Assembly: GCA_903903945.1 (NCBI GenBank)
Contig: CAIVAP010000101.1
Location: forward strand, 1 to 58,235
Reading direction: 5' to 3'
DNA: 58,235 bases
DNA from: an uncultured bacterium
Lineage (GTDB): Bacteria > Zixibacteria > MSB-5A5 > CAIYYT01
Positions 27,604-37,292 of the stretch are shown here, piece after piece. The stretch's first letter is position 1, and every line of letters begins with the position of its first letter. Position numbers and translations under genes: made by a program. Under the pieces are notes generated by a model, which did no database searches, was not told the origin of the DNA, and saw only the letters and a list, made by a program, of their open reading frames with translations.

Positions 27604-28338
27604 ATGGGCAAAATAGGTTATGGATACGGTAGTGAATGGCACCTGCTCAGGCATCTTGGCTATCATCGAGAAGATTTGTCGCGGAAAACCTTGAAAGTAA
27701 CCGGCGGCAACTCGATTGAGTGGTTAGATTTTGGGTTCTCCAAAAGAGATGCTCCTCGGAGAGATGACAAAGAGTTCTTGGGGCTCGAATTTATTGAAGA
27801 CGAGCAGGTTCAAGAAAAATGGAAATCATTTTGGCCGCAAACCGGCAACGCACAAAATTGGGACGCAGTTGGCAGAATCCATTATGGTGATCGTGATGAA
27901 TGGCTTTTGGTTGAAGCAAAAGGTCATATTGGCGAGCTTAAGAGCAAGTGCGGCGCAGCAAACCCAAAAAGCAAGCAAAGAATCTATTCGGCACTGGAAA
28001 AAGCAAGACAGGCTTTTGGCAATCAGTCCAGACCTATTGAATATTGGCTCGAACCATATTACCAATATGCCAATCGATTAGCCGTCCTGCATTTCCTAAT
28101 GAAAGAGTGTGTCCCGTCAGTTGACGCCCGTTTGTTGTTCATTTACTTTTACGGCGAAGACAGAAAAGATCTTGTATGTCCAAAAGACGAGCAAGGTTGG
28201 TTGCCAAGTATTCAAGAAATGAAGGATCGGTTAGGTTTTGACAGAAGCTGTGAATTAGCCGAGCGGGTTCATGATCTTTTCTTGCCTGTGAATCCTGTTG
28301 GGGTTGGAGAACGTTGCAGCGCAACAGCACAACGTTAG
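27604..28338 (+). CDS. Hypothetical protein with PD-(D/E)xK nuclease-like motifs
   Basis: GSEWHL ... NWDAVGRI ... EWLLVEAKGH gives E / D / ExK spacing compatible with the restriction-endonuclease-like fold. Inference only. Confidence 0.4.
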   Translation: MGKIGYGYGSEWHLLRHLGYHREDLSRKTLKVTGGNSIEWLDFGFSKRDAPRRDDKEFLGLEFIEDEQVQEKWKSFWPQTGNAQNWDAVGRIHYGDRDEWLLVEAKGHIGELKSKCGAANPKSKQRIYSALEKARQAFGNQSRPIEYWLEPYYQYANRLAVLHFLMKECVPSVDARLLFIYFYGEDRKDLVCPKDEQGWLPSIQEMKDRLGFDRSCELAERVHDLFLPVNPVGVGERCSATAQR

Positions 28339-28359
28339 GTAAACTTCTTCGACAGCCTC

Positions 28360-30201
28360 CTATGACTTCGGCTTTTCGAGGGGCGTGCAGAGAACGCGTT
28401 CCACACGCTGCAGTTTTTTCCTGACACTCTCGAGATTCAGGCCCGTAGGGTATTTCATCAGTACCGATTCGTAGGTCGCTTTGGCCTGCGAACAGTCGCG
28501 GTTGATATCAGCGAAGATGTCTCCCTGGCATTCAAGCGCCAGCGGCGCATGGGAACTCTCCGGAAAACGGACGAGCAACGAGTCAAATTGACCCAACGAC
28601 TCCGCCGTCTTTCCCAATTCCCAATCAATTATGCCAGCATCATACCAGGCGATCTCGGTTAATGATCCGCTCTCACGCTCCTTAAGTTTATCCAATAGCG
28701 CCTGCGACGAATCGTAGTCAAATCGATATTTGGCGTACGCGGCTTCGGCATAAATGCGCAGGGTGGCTTCGTCCATATCAGGATATTCACTGATCAGCAT
28801 TATCCGCCGCAGACAATCGTTAACATAAACGCTTTTGGGAAAAGTGTTCATAAATTTGCCATAGGCATCCCTTGCCTGCTGGAAGTTGCCCAGATAGAAC
28901 TGCAATTCGGCTTGCTTGAACAGCAACTCCTCCTGATTTGCATGCTGAAGCTGCTGTGGCGACACGGCTGCGTACAGCGAGTCGGCAACTGTCGCCTGAC
29001 CCAGCGCCAGATGACAATCGGCAGCGGCGATTCGAGCCGTCACCGAAACTGCCGCGAGCGGGTAGTCCTTCATCAGGCGATCAAACAGAGTCAGCGCGCC
29101 GGCGGCATCATGCAGACCATCCAACTTGGTGCGGCCCGAAGCAAATAGCGCCTGAGCGACGTCGCGCTCGGAGGGTGATTGTTTGGCAATCTGGTCGTAA
29201 ACCGCGAGCGCATCGTTATAGCGTCTTTCATCATTGTAGGAAGCGCCCAGAACAAAGCGGGAAGCAACCCGAAATGGTGACTGCGGATAACGCGAAATCA
29301 AGTAATCGCAGGCCTTCTCGACAACCCCATGATTGCCATTGTCGCGAGCCACGGCGGCGAAATAGAGAATGCTCTTGCCCTCGCCATTGCTCAGCGAATC
29401 GACCAGCCGGAACCGCTGGAATGCCTCATCCAACTTGCCCTGCGACATCAAGAGGTCGCCGACAAATCGGTGCGCATCACTGTTCTTCGGATTTTGCTTG
29501 GCAATCTCCGTCAACGCATCTTTCAAGCCGGTTTCGAAACCTTCATCAGAATCAAGTCTGATCAGTTCACTCATTTTCCCGGTGACGAACACCTCACTGG
29601 TAGTGTCGCGCGCTAGCAACTCGAAATATTCCCGCGCGGCATCACCGTAGTTGCGCAGAATTTCGTAGAGTTGCCCAAGTTGTTTGGCGAAGAGCACAGG
29701 GCTGCCGAATTTTTTGCGACCATCCTGAAGCAGTTTTACGGCGTCAGGGTAATAGCCGTTTCCAGTGTAAGTATTCGATGCCTGTTCATAGGTCTGTGGA
29801 TTGTTGGGCGCGAGGGCCAACGCCGTTTGCAGTTGCTGCGCGGCCTTCTCGGTCTCGCCCTTCTTGAGGTAGACGCCCGCGATATCAAGGTAATATGTAA
29901 AGCGCAGCATTGGTTCGGGCGAGATCTTAGTCAGGTAATCAAGCACCAATAGCGCCGAGTCAAGTTCCTTGTTGCAAACGAGAGCATTCTTGAGCAGAAC
30001 ATATACCTGAATGTTTCGAGGATACTTCTGCGCCAGATCGCGCAACTGATCAACAACCTCAGCACAACCGCCGGTGTAGATCATTGCCTCCATGGCTTTG
30101 AGACTCTGCAGATCCTGTGGCGTTTGCGCGACAGAGGGTCGCCACGTGGCAAGCAGAAATGCGGCCGCCATTATGAAACTCAGATTTCTGACGATTGTCA
30201 T
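28360..30201 (-). CDS. Secreted TPR-repeat protein
   Basis: 613 aa with a signal peptide and repeated A..Y/F..A TPR-like helices throughout. Confidence 0.75.
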   Translation of the reverse strand: MTIVRNLSFIMAAAFLLATWRPSVAQTPQDLQSLKAMEAMIYTGGCAEVVDQLRDLAQKYPRNIQVYVLLKNALVCNKELDSALLVLDYLTKISPEPMLRFTYYLDIAGVYLKKGETEKAAQQLQTALALAPNNPQTYEQASNTYTGNGYYPDAVKLLQDGRKKFGSPVLFAKQLGQLYEILRNYGDAAREYFELLARDTTSEVFVTGKMSELIRLDSDEGFETGLKDALTEIAKQNPKNSDAHRFVGDLLMSQGKLDEAFQRFRLVDSLSNGEGKSILYFAAVARDNGNHGVVEKACDYLISRYPQSPFRVASRFVLGASYNDERRYNDALAVYDQIAKQSPSERDVAQALFASGRTKLDGLHDAAGALTLFDRLMKDYPLAAVSVTARIAAADCHLALGQATVADSLYAAVSPQQLQHANQEELLFKQAELQFYLGNFQQARDAYGKFMNTFPKSVYVNDCLRRIMLISEYPDMDEATLRIYAEAAYAKYRFDYDSSQALLDKLKERESGSLTEIAWYDAGIIDWELGKTAESLGQFDSLLVRFPESSHAPLALECQGDIFADINRDCSQAKATYESVLMKYPTGLNLESVRKKLQRVERVLCTPLEKPKS

Positions 30202-33200
30202 TTCTCCGGTTGACCGTTGTTGATCGCTTTGAAGTATTCTTTGATCAGCTCTTCATATTCCGGCGGGTAGCCCTCATTGAGATATTTTTGCAGGCGGTCC
30301 TGATAGCTGTCCTTGCTCTGCGCATTGAACTGCAGCGACGGTGGTGACTGCCGGAGAATATCCTGCGCGGTCTCAGCCTTGCGGTCCTCGGAAAAATCCT
30401 GGCGCTGCAGGGAATGCTGAAAATCCAGCATGCGCGAGTAGATCTGTTGCTGGCGGCGCAGCGTGTTTTCGTTAAGAGTACCACCTTCAATATCTTCCGA
30501 GACTTTTTTGATCTCTTTGCCAAGCTCGTCCAGCCGACCGAGGATCTCTTTGCGGGTTCCCTGTTCGCGCTGCAAATCGCCGATACCCTTGCGGACAGCA
30601 TCCTGCTCAGCGGCCAGACGACCCATGCCATCCTTGTCGACACGTCCCGGCTTCGGGTTTTGGCACATCGCAGATGATTGCTGATTGATTTGCTTCTGAC
30701 TTTTGCTCAGCTTGTCCATCTTCTTAAACACATTCTGGTTTGAGCAACTGCCGTTGGAACACTGTTTCTGGCTCTGCATCGATTGCATTAGTTGGTTGGC
30801 GGCCTGATTGAGTGAGAACATGGCATCTTTCTGATAACGCATGGCATTCGAACCATTGCGCTCCATTAGTCCTTGCGTCGCCTGATCCATGGCCTCGCGC
30901 GCCTGCTCCATCATCTTGCCGATCTGCTGCGAATAGAAGGGGGATTCTTTCGAGATGTCCTTCAGTTTCGTATCCAGCGAGTGCAGTGTCTTCTGCAACG
31001 CCTGCTGCTCGGCAGCCAGTTGCTGCAACTGTGGGGAGGTCGGATCCGAACCTTCGGCTCGATCAAACACTTTCTCCTGTTGGTCTGAAACATAAAGCAC
31101 ATCGTTCGCCGCCCCCTTCATCTTTTCCGCCGACTGAGAACCCATACCGGAGTTGAGGGAATCCTTGAGATCCTGCATTTCCTTCTGGAGCTGCTTCAGG
31201 TCGTCCAGAGCCGCTTCGCCCTTTTGCTCTGAACTCTGTTTATCCTTTGTCTGCAAGCCTTGAATCATGGCCTGCATCTTCTCGCCGGCTTTGGAGTTTT
31301 TTGGTGACTGGGTGAACTTCTGAGCCGCTTCATTCTGATCGAGCTTCTGCTCTTGCAGCATTTCCTCAAGTTCCTTGGCTTGCTGCTGTAAGTCTTCGAA
31401 GTCCTTCTGGTTCTGCTCTTCCTTGGGCGCCAGTTGCGGTAACTGGCTGGACTCGGAGGAGCCCGTTTGCTTATTGACGCCTTCCTGCTGCTTGATCAGA
31501 TCCCCCAACTGCCGCATCATGTTTTCCATCTTCTGCTGCAATTGTAGCATCTTGAGAAGCGCGATCGTGCGGTCGAGACGCTGCTTCAACTCTTCTTGAG
31601 AAAGCTTCATGTTTTCGGCCGCTTTTTGCATCTCTTGCGGCGTCATCTTGTCCATCTGCTCTTGCAGCTTGCGCATGGCCTCTTTCATTTCCGGAGTAGC
31701 AACCTGATCGAAGAGCTTGCGGATCTCTTGTAGTTTCTGCAGGATCTCAAGTGATGTCATGTCGTTCTTCTCCATCTTGTCCTGCATATCCTGCAACCGC
31801 TCGCCAACCTTCTTCATTGCGTCGAGGATATTCTGCTGCGACTGAACCGATTTCTGAATCTCCTGCTGCTTCTCCCAACTGAGCTCCTTGTTGTTCATCA
31901 ACTCTTCCTGGAGCTTCTCGGTTTTCTGCTGCAATTCCTCTTGCGCCGTTTTCAGCTTCTCCAGATCGGTGATCTGCGAATCGCTCTCGGCATCCAGATA
32001 AGCAAACTGTTCGTCCAGAGAAGGCAATCGCGCGGTCAGGGTCTGCGACACGCCCCGCTTGGGTCCGGAGATATTGTCGTTGTCAAAGGCCTCGATGTAG
32101 TACTCGACCCAGCCACCCGGTTCCAGCCCGATGTCGGACATGTCCCAGGGATAGGCCATTTCGAAACTGCGACCGGCCTTCTTGTCGAACGCAATCGCCG
32201 TCTTTTTTTCAAACGTCTCCCCCGGTACCGTGAAAATGCGGTAGATCAAATTGACCGCGGAAAAACCAAAATCATCGAACAGCTTGAATCCGAGTTGGAG
32301 CGCCATGTCGTCGCCTAGTTCGACGGGAACACCCGGAGAATAGAGATCCACTTCGGGAGAAAGATCGGCTATCGATTCAATACGATACTCAATGGGATCG
32401 GGATTCTCGTTGCCGAGTTCGTCCTTGACGGTAATGTGGTAGGTGCCGTTATCAGTCACCGTAAGACCGCCGCTTAGCTTCTGCTTGGAGACATCAAGTT
32501 TTTCCGATTGACCGCTGCCAAACTGCAATGATGCAGCTACCACTGTCTTGTTGACCGAGGCCTCAATCTTGACGCGAGTTCCCTTAATCGCCGAAATATT
32601 GCCGTCGTTTTCGTCCACGACGAGCGGCTGCAGACTGGTGTAAGGCGGATATGTATAGGTCAGCTTGATGTCGATAACGCGCGGTTTGTCGACGGCGGTA
32701 ATCGTATAGACGGGCGATTTCACTTCGCCGGCAGACACCCAGTAGTCGAATGTTTTCTTGACTTCGCGGAAGTCGTAGGCGAATTTGGCTGTGTCGCTCA
32801 GATTGAGATGTGCGCCAATACTTGTGGCGGAAACATCCTTGGCGAGGTCCTCGGTCTTGACCGGACCATCTTCATATTGCCAATACAAGGTAGCCCCTTC
32901 CGGAAGCGATTTTCCCCGTAGCAATGCCTGGATTTTGATCGTCGAGAATTTAGCGATCTCGACGCTTCCGGGAAGAACTTCAAGCGAATAGCTCAAATTG
33001 CGCGGGACTTCCACGGTCGGATGGCTGAAGAGGTAGACCGATTCATTGAAGGCGCCGGGAAATAGCACGGCGAGAAACAGTATTACCAACGCCGAGGAAC
33101 CGAAATAGCGGAGACCGCGTCGCAGCGGTTTTTTGTCGACCGACTTGTGGAAATCGATACCACGGCACATTTGCTCGGACTGGCGGATGATCGCCTGTAT

Positions 33201-33584
33201 CATGTCCGTCGAGAACCCTTCGCGATTTTCCTGCAGGTTGCGTTCGAGCTGTAGCGAAGCGATCAACCGATTCTGTAATTCGGGGTAGCTCTTTTCCACC
33301 TGCAGCGCGACCGACTCGGTATTTGGTCGAGTAAGAATCCTCCAGAGAATGGTATGGACAAACAACGCCACTACCGCGATCGCGGCCAAAGAAACAAATA
33401 TGATCCTGAAAGTGACCGTCAGGAAAAAGGCTGCATTGAAGAGAAAGCCAACGAAAAGAAAGACCGCCAGAGCTGATAAAATTACCGCGACACCGAACCC
33501 AAAGTGGTTCAGGAGAATGAAATTTCGCAAGCGATTAAGCCGGTCGGTGAGATATTGTAGAGACAGTTTCGGATTCATGTTCAC
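30198..33584 (-). CDS. Large membrane-anchored protein with a long Q/E/K-rich coiled coil (DUF4175-like, tentative)
   Basis: 1128 aa with N-terminal TM helices, Ig-like middle part and a ~450-aa coiled-coil low-complexity region. 4-nt overlap with the TPR gene. Confidence 0.55.
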   Translation of the reverse strand: MNMNPKLSLQYLTDRLNRLRNFILLNHFGFGVAVILSALAVFLFVGFLFNAAFFLTVTFRIIFVSLAAIAVVALFVHTILWRILTRPNTESVALQVEKSYPELQNRLIASLQLERNLQENREGFSTDMIQAIIRQSEQMCRGIDFHKSVDKKPLRRGLRYFGSSALVILFLAVLFPGAFNESVYLFSHPTVEVPRNLSYSLEVLPGSVEIAKFSTIKIQALLRGKSLPEGATLYWQYEDGPVKTEDLAKDVSATSIGAHLNLSDTAKFAYDFREVKKTFDYWVSAGEVKSPVYTITAVDKPRVIDIKLTYTYPPYTSLQPLVVDENDGNISAIKGTRVKIEASVNKTVVAASLQFGSGQSEKLDVSKQKLSGGLTVTDNGTYHITVKDELGNENPDPIEYRIESIADLSPEVDLYSPGVPVELGDDMALQLGFKLFDDFGFSAVNLIYRIFTVPGETFEKKTAIAFDKKAGRSFEMAYPWDMSDIGLEPGGWVEYYIEAFDNDNISGPKRGVSQTLTARLPSLDEQFAYLDAESDSQITDLEKLKTAQEELQQKTEKLQEELMNNKELSWEKQQEIQKSVQSQQNILDAMKKVGERLQDMQDKMEKNDMTSLEILQKLQEIRKLFDQVATPEMKEAMRKLQEQMDKMTPQEMQKAAENMKLSQEELKQRLDRTIALLKMLQLQQKMENMMRQLGDLIKQQEGVNKQTGSSESSQLPQLAPKEEQNQKDFEDLQQQAKELEEMLQEQKLDQNEAAQKFTQSPKNSKAGEKMQAMIQGLQTKDKQSSEQKGEAALDDLKQLQKEMQDLKDSLNSGMGSQSAEKMKGAANDVLYVSDQQEKVFDRAEGSDPTSPQLQQLAAEQQALQKTLHSLDTKLKDISKESPFYSQQIGKMMEQAREAMDQATQGLMERNGSNAMRYQKDAMFSLNQAANQLMQSMQSQKQCSNGSCSNQNVFKKMDKLSKSQKQINQQSSAMCQNPKPGRVDKDGMGRLAAEQDAVRKGIGDLQREQGTRKEILGRLDELGKEIKKVSEDIEGGTLNENTLRRQQQIYSRMLDFQHSLQRQDFSEDRKAETAQDILRQSPPSLQFNAQSKDSYQDRLQKYLNEGYPPEYEELIKEYFKAINNGQPEK

Positions 33585-33587
33585 TCC

Positions 33588-34262
33588 CTAATGCATCAAT
33601 GCCCAGACCAGTACGTTGGTTCCCATCTGTAGCGCCTCAGTCCGCTTCTCCAGAGGGTCGTTGTGCACTTGCGGGTCTTCCCAACCATCCCCGATGTCAG
33701 ATTCAAAGGTCAGCACCACCGCCAACCGGTCGCCAACAAACCAGCCAAACAACTGCGGCGGTTTGCCGTCATGTTTATGAATTTTCGGCAGGCCATTGAG
33801 AAACTTGTAGTAGCAATCGAAAATCCCATGATTAAAGGGAATCTCTCTCGGCTCCTGATCGGGAAACAGCTTTTTCATCTCGCGGACGAATGCCTTCTTC
33901 AAACCGTAGGAATCATTGGCGAGTAGAAACCCTCCGGCGCTGAGGTACTTCTGTAGAACTTCGATATCCTCAGCGCGAAAATTGACATTGCCGTGTCCAG
34001 TCATATAGAGAAAGGGATAGTTGAACAACTGCGGGTCGGAGAGATCGACCCTGACTTCTTCCTTGGCAATCGGGATATTGGTATTCTGCCGAATAAACGT
34101 AGTCAGGTTGGGCAAGGCTGACGATCCCCAGTACCAGTCGCCGCCACCCGGGTACTTGAGCCGGGCAATGGCGACGTTGTCGGCAATGTCAGCCCCGGTA
34201 GCCGACAAAGCAATCACAATCAAGAACGCCAAAGAGGTAGATGCGACACAACGGAAGTTCAT
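33588..34262 (-). CDS. DUF4159-like secreted protein
   Basis: LKYPGGGDWY...NYPFLYMTGHG...GGFLLANDSYG. The start was moved from 34508 to ATG 34262, immediately before signal peptide MNFRCVASTSLAFLIVIALSA. Confidence 0.7.
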   Translation of the reverse strand: MNFRCVASTSLAFLIVIALSATGADIADNVAIARLKYPGGGDWYWGSSALPNLTTFIRQNTNIPIAKEEVRVDLSDPQLFNYPFLYMTGHGNVNFRAEDIEVLQKYLSAGGFLLANDSYGLKKAFVREMKKLFPDQEPREIPFNHGIFDCYYKFLNGLPKIHKHDGKPPQLFGWFVGDRLAVVLTFESDIGDGWEDPQVHNDPLEKRTEALQMGTNVLVWALMH

Positions 34263-34525
34263 AGTATTCCTTATACGTCCGAGATCCCTATATGGTTCAA
34301 CGACAAGGCCGTCTAAAGGCGAGACCTTGACCAATCTACGCCATTTTCTGGATTTGTCAATGGGTATGCCAGACTCTTGCGAGAAGCCACAAATTCGCCT
34401 TGACCGCGCCGGCAGGAAATCCTGAGGCTGTTCCACAAGTTGGAGAATGGTCGCTGATAGAAAATGCGATTGCGAAGAGTCTTCAGTTGCATGATAGCGC
34501 CGCAACATTTACACCCTCACCCCAA

Positions 34526-34550
34526 CCCCTCTCCCTTGAAGGGAGAGGGG
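34526..34550. repeat. Perfect 10-bp GC-rich hairpin (REP-like)
   Basis: CCCCTCTCCC ttgaa GGGAGAGGGG. Confidence 0.6.
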
Positions 34551-34663
34551 CAGGAAATGAACTTGTGGGATCGCCTCTCCTGTCCGGACGGATCAGCAAG
34601 CTGGTCAAGATCGTCAGGAAGCGATTCTTGATGACGGCAGTCAGAATGGCTGCTAATTTCCAA

Positions 34664-34692
34664 TTGACAATCTGCCGATTACGTATTATAGT
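34664..34692 (+). promoter_or_regulatory. Sigma-70-type promoter of the arsR/ATPase operon
   Basis: TTGACA (34664-34669), a 17-nt spacer, then TATAGT (34687-34692). Confidence 0.55.
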
Positions 34693-34715
34693 TGAACGAT
34701 TGCTCAAGTGTTTGT

Positions 34716-35084
34716 ATGAATCATAGCGAAGACGATACCTGCCAGATCAAATACGTAAACCAGGAACTGGTCACGGCGCTTCTTAAGTCACAGCATGACA
34801 ATAAGATAGTGTCTGGATTAGCGGAAATCTTTGGAGTTCTTGCCGATCCGACCCGTCTCAAGATATGCATGTTCTTGTCTGAGAGTGAGTTGTGCGTCTG
34901 TGATCTTGCCGCCATGCTAAACATCTCCGAATCAGCAGTATCACACCAATTGCGACTCCTGCGGTCTCTGCGGATCGTAAAATTCCGGCGCGAAGGCAAG
35001 ATGGCATTCTACACGCTCGACGATAGCCATGTCAATTCCCTCATCAGTCAGGGTCTCGATCACGCCAAGGAAAAAAGTCAGTAG
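34716..35084 (+). CDS. ArsR/SmtB-family metal-responsive repressor
   Basis: ELCVCDLAAMLNISESAVSHQLRLLRSLRIV. The start is set at ATG 34716 because the track's TTG at 34692 lies inside the -10 box. Confidence 0.85.
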   Translation: MNHSEDDTCQIKYVNQELVTALLKSQHDNKIVSGLAEIFGVLADPTRLKICMFLSESELCVCDLAAMLNISESAVSHQLRLLRSLRIVKFRREGKMAFYTLDDSHVNSLISQGLDHAKEKSQ

Positions 35085-35087
35085 ACG

Positions 35088-37163
35088 ATGGCAACACTAC
35101 GGATTGAAGCCGCCACAACGCGGATTGACTGCCCCAATTGCGCCCGAACCGCTGAGAATGAAATCAGGCGGATTGAAGGGGTTGCAGGCGCCCGAATCGA
35201 TTTCTTGAATAGACGCATCTATTATTCTTTCGACCAAGACACAATTCAGGGTGACGATCTAAGGAATCGTATCGAAGGACTCGGGCATTTCAAATTCGCC
35301 GAGGAGAGTCCTTCCGCACGGAGCAGTCTTCCTTTTTCGAGAACTCTACTGACATCAATTTCGATCGCATTAGGTCTAACTCTACTCGGACTGGCGGCAG
35401 AACATTTGGCCAATCTAAGAACCATTGGCCGTATCCTGATCTATGCTGCTATTGCCGTCGGCGGTTGGGAAATTGTCAAGAAGGCAACGATCGGTCTCCG
35501 TCATAAGCGCGTTGACATGAACACCCTGATGTCGTTGGCAGTGATTGGCGCCGTGGCAATTGGCAAACTTGATGAAGCGGTTGTGGTGGTGCTGCTTTTC
35601 GGCGCGGCTAATTTGTTGGAATCATTCTCTCTCTGGGAGTTCTCTCGCAGTCTCACCGACTTGCATGATTTCACAAGCGGTCAGGCGCTACTCAAACAAG
35701 GCAACTCCGTTCTGGCCGTAACGCCGGAATCGCTGCAGACGGGAGATATCGTAGTAGTACGAGAAGGAATGAAGCTTCCGGCGGACGGTCAGGTAGTTTC
35801 CGGAAACTCGGCGCTTGACCTATCTTCTTTGACAGGCGAGGCACAACCACAGCAGGTGGCTGAAGGGGACGACGTGTTTGCCGGATCGGTCAATCTCGAA
35901 GGTTACATCGAAGTTCAGGTAACGGCGCCGCTCAAAGACTCTCGCATCGGCAAAATCCTGCGCATGGTCGGCGACGTTGCCGAACGCAGAGCCAAACTTG
36001 AGCGGCTCGTTGACCGCTTTGCCCACATCTACACTCCGATCGTGGTGGCCTTGGCCGTGGCTGTGGCCGTGTTTCCGCCGCTCTTGTTTGACGGGGTTTT
36101 CAGTGTCTGGTTCTATCGAGCACTGGTGTTCCTGGTGATATCGTGCCCCTGCGCGCTGGTGATTTCCACGCCGGTAGCAGTTACAGCCGCTTTAGCAGCC
36201 GGTTCGAGAATGAAGGCGGTCGTCAAGGGGGGAGATGCAATTGAACGGCTGGCACATGCAAGAAAAATCGCCTTTGACAAAACCGGCACCTTGACTACCG
36301 GTGCATTGCAGCTCGGTCAGATTGAATGCTTTGATGGTCTCAGTCAGGATGAAGCGATTCAGATAGCGGCATCGCTGGAGCGGATATCCAACCATCCGGT
36401 AGCCAGGGCGGTTACGAATGCGGCTTCCTTGAAGGGATTGCAATTGCTGTCAATTGACGATTTTAGATCAGTCACGGGCTTTGGTGTCGAAGGGCAGATT
36501 GATGGACGGCTATACCGGTTCGGCGGAATCGAATTTCTGAACAGCGACGAACGCGCAACTCAGCCGCAAAAGGAAAGCTCATACCTCGTTTGCAATGGCC
36601 GAATGCTGGCGCGGTTTGGTTTCGAAGATGAGTTGCGACCGGAAACAGCAACAACGATCTCGAAGCTGCGCGAACAGGGATTTGAGTCGGTCGGTCTTTT
36701 GTCGGGTGATCGCCGAGAGATCATCGAGACACTGCGCGCCAAGCTGCATCTTGACTTCGGAGTCGGTCAACTGATGCCGGAAGAAAAATACGAACGGCTA
36801 CGCGACCTTGGTGACAACGTAGCCATGGTGGGTGACGGTATCAACGACGCGGTCGCACTGTCGGGTTCTGATATTTCGATCGCAATCGGTCGGCTTGGCA
36901 ACGATATCCCCGCGCAGCACGCCAATGTCGTTTTGTTCGGCAACAGTATCAGCAATCTCCCGCATTTGTTCCAACTTGGCAAACGGACAGTCGCGCTCAT
37001 CAAGACGAACATCATCTTCGCCTTCGCGATCAAGGTGATTTTCCTCGGTTTGGCTCTGGCCGGATATTCCACAATCTGGATGGCGGTTGTTGCGGACATG
37101 GGAGCATCGCTGATAGTAATTTTCAACAGCCTGCGACTGTTGCGCCATTCGGATGTTGATTAG
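35088..37163 (+). CDS. Heavy-metal (Zn/Cd/Co-type) P1B-type ATPase
   Basis: N-terminal HMA domain with CPNC, a CPC transmembrane motif (SCPCALVIS), DKTGTLT and GDGINDA. Confidence 0.9.
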   Translation: MATLRIEAATTRIDCPNCARTAENEIRRIEGVAGARIDFLNRRIYYSFDQDTIQGDDLRNRIEGLGHFKFAEESPSARSSLPFSRTLLTSISIALGLTLLGLAAEHLANLRTIGRILIYAAIAVGGWEIVKKATIGLRHKRVDMNTLMSLAVIGAVAIGKLDEAVVVVLLFGAANLLESFSLWEFSRSLTDLHDFTSGQALLKQGNSVLAVTPESLQTGDIVVVREGMKLPADGQVVSGNSALDLSSLTGEAQPQQVAEGDDVFAGSVNLEGYIEVQVTAPLKDSRIGKILRMVGDVAERRAKLERLVDRFAHIYTPIVVALAVAVAVFPPLLFDGVFSVWFYRALVFLVISCPCALVISTPVAVTAALAAGSRMKAVVKGGDAIERLAHARKIAFDKTGTLTTGALQLGQIECFDGLSQDEAIQIAASLERISNHPVARAVTNAASLKGLQLLSIDDFRSVTGFGVEGQIDGRLYRFGGIEFLNSDERATQPQKESSYLVCNGRMLARFGFEDELRPETATTISKLREQGFESVGLLSGDRREIIETLRAKLHLDFGVGQLMPEEKYERLRDLGDNVAMVGDGINDAVALSGSDISIAIGRLGNDIPAQHANVVLFGNSISNLPHLFQLGKRTVALIKTNIIFAFAIKVIFLGLALAGYSTIWMAVVADMGASLIVIFNSLRLLRHSDVD

Positions 37164-37181
37164 GGGAGTGTTGAAGAAGCC

Positions 37182-37268
37182 CAGACGGTGTCATTGCGAG
37201 GAGTGCGGAAAGGTGATGTATGGTGTGGAGCACGACGAAGCAATCTCGATTTGTGCTCTTCCGATGCA
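37182..37268 (+). repeat. ~87-bp dispersed repeat, copy 2 (same family as 23761-23846)
   Basis: cagacggtgtcattgcgaggagtgcggaaaggtga...acgacgaagcaatctcgatt. A 13-nt core is also present at 41626-41638 (minus). Confidence 0.75.
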
Positions 37269-37292
37269 GTTTTGACAGCTTTGCTTATCAGA

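Noticed and set aside
28938-29561. 207-aa plus-strand ORF
   Set aside because: It is antisense to the TPR gene, with an Arg/Pro/Ser-rich nonsense-like composition.
33588-34508. 306-aa version of the DUF4159-like ORF
   Set aside because: The first 82 residues precede an obvious Met plus signal peptide (MNFRCVASTSLAFLIVIALSA), so the start was moved to 34262.
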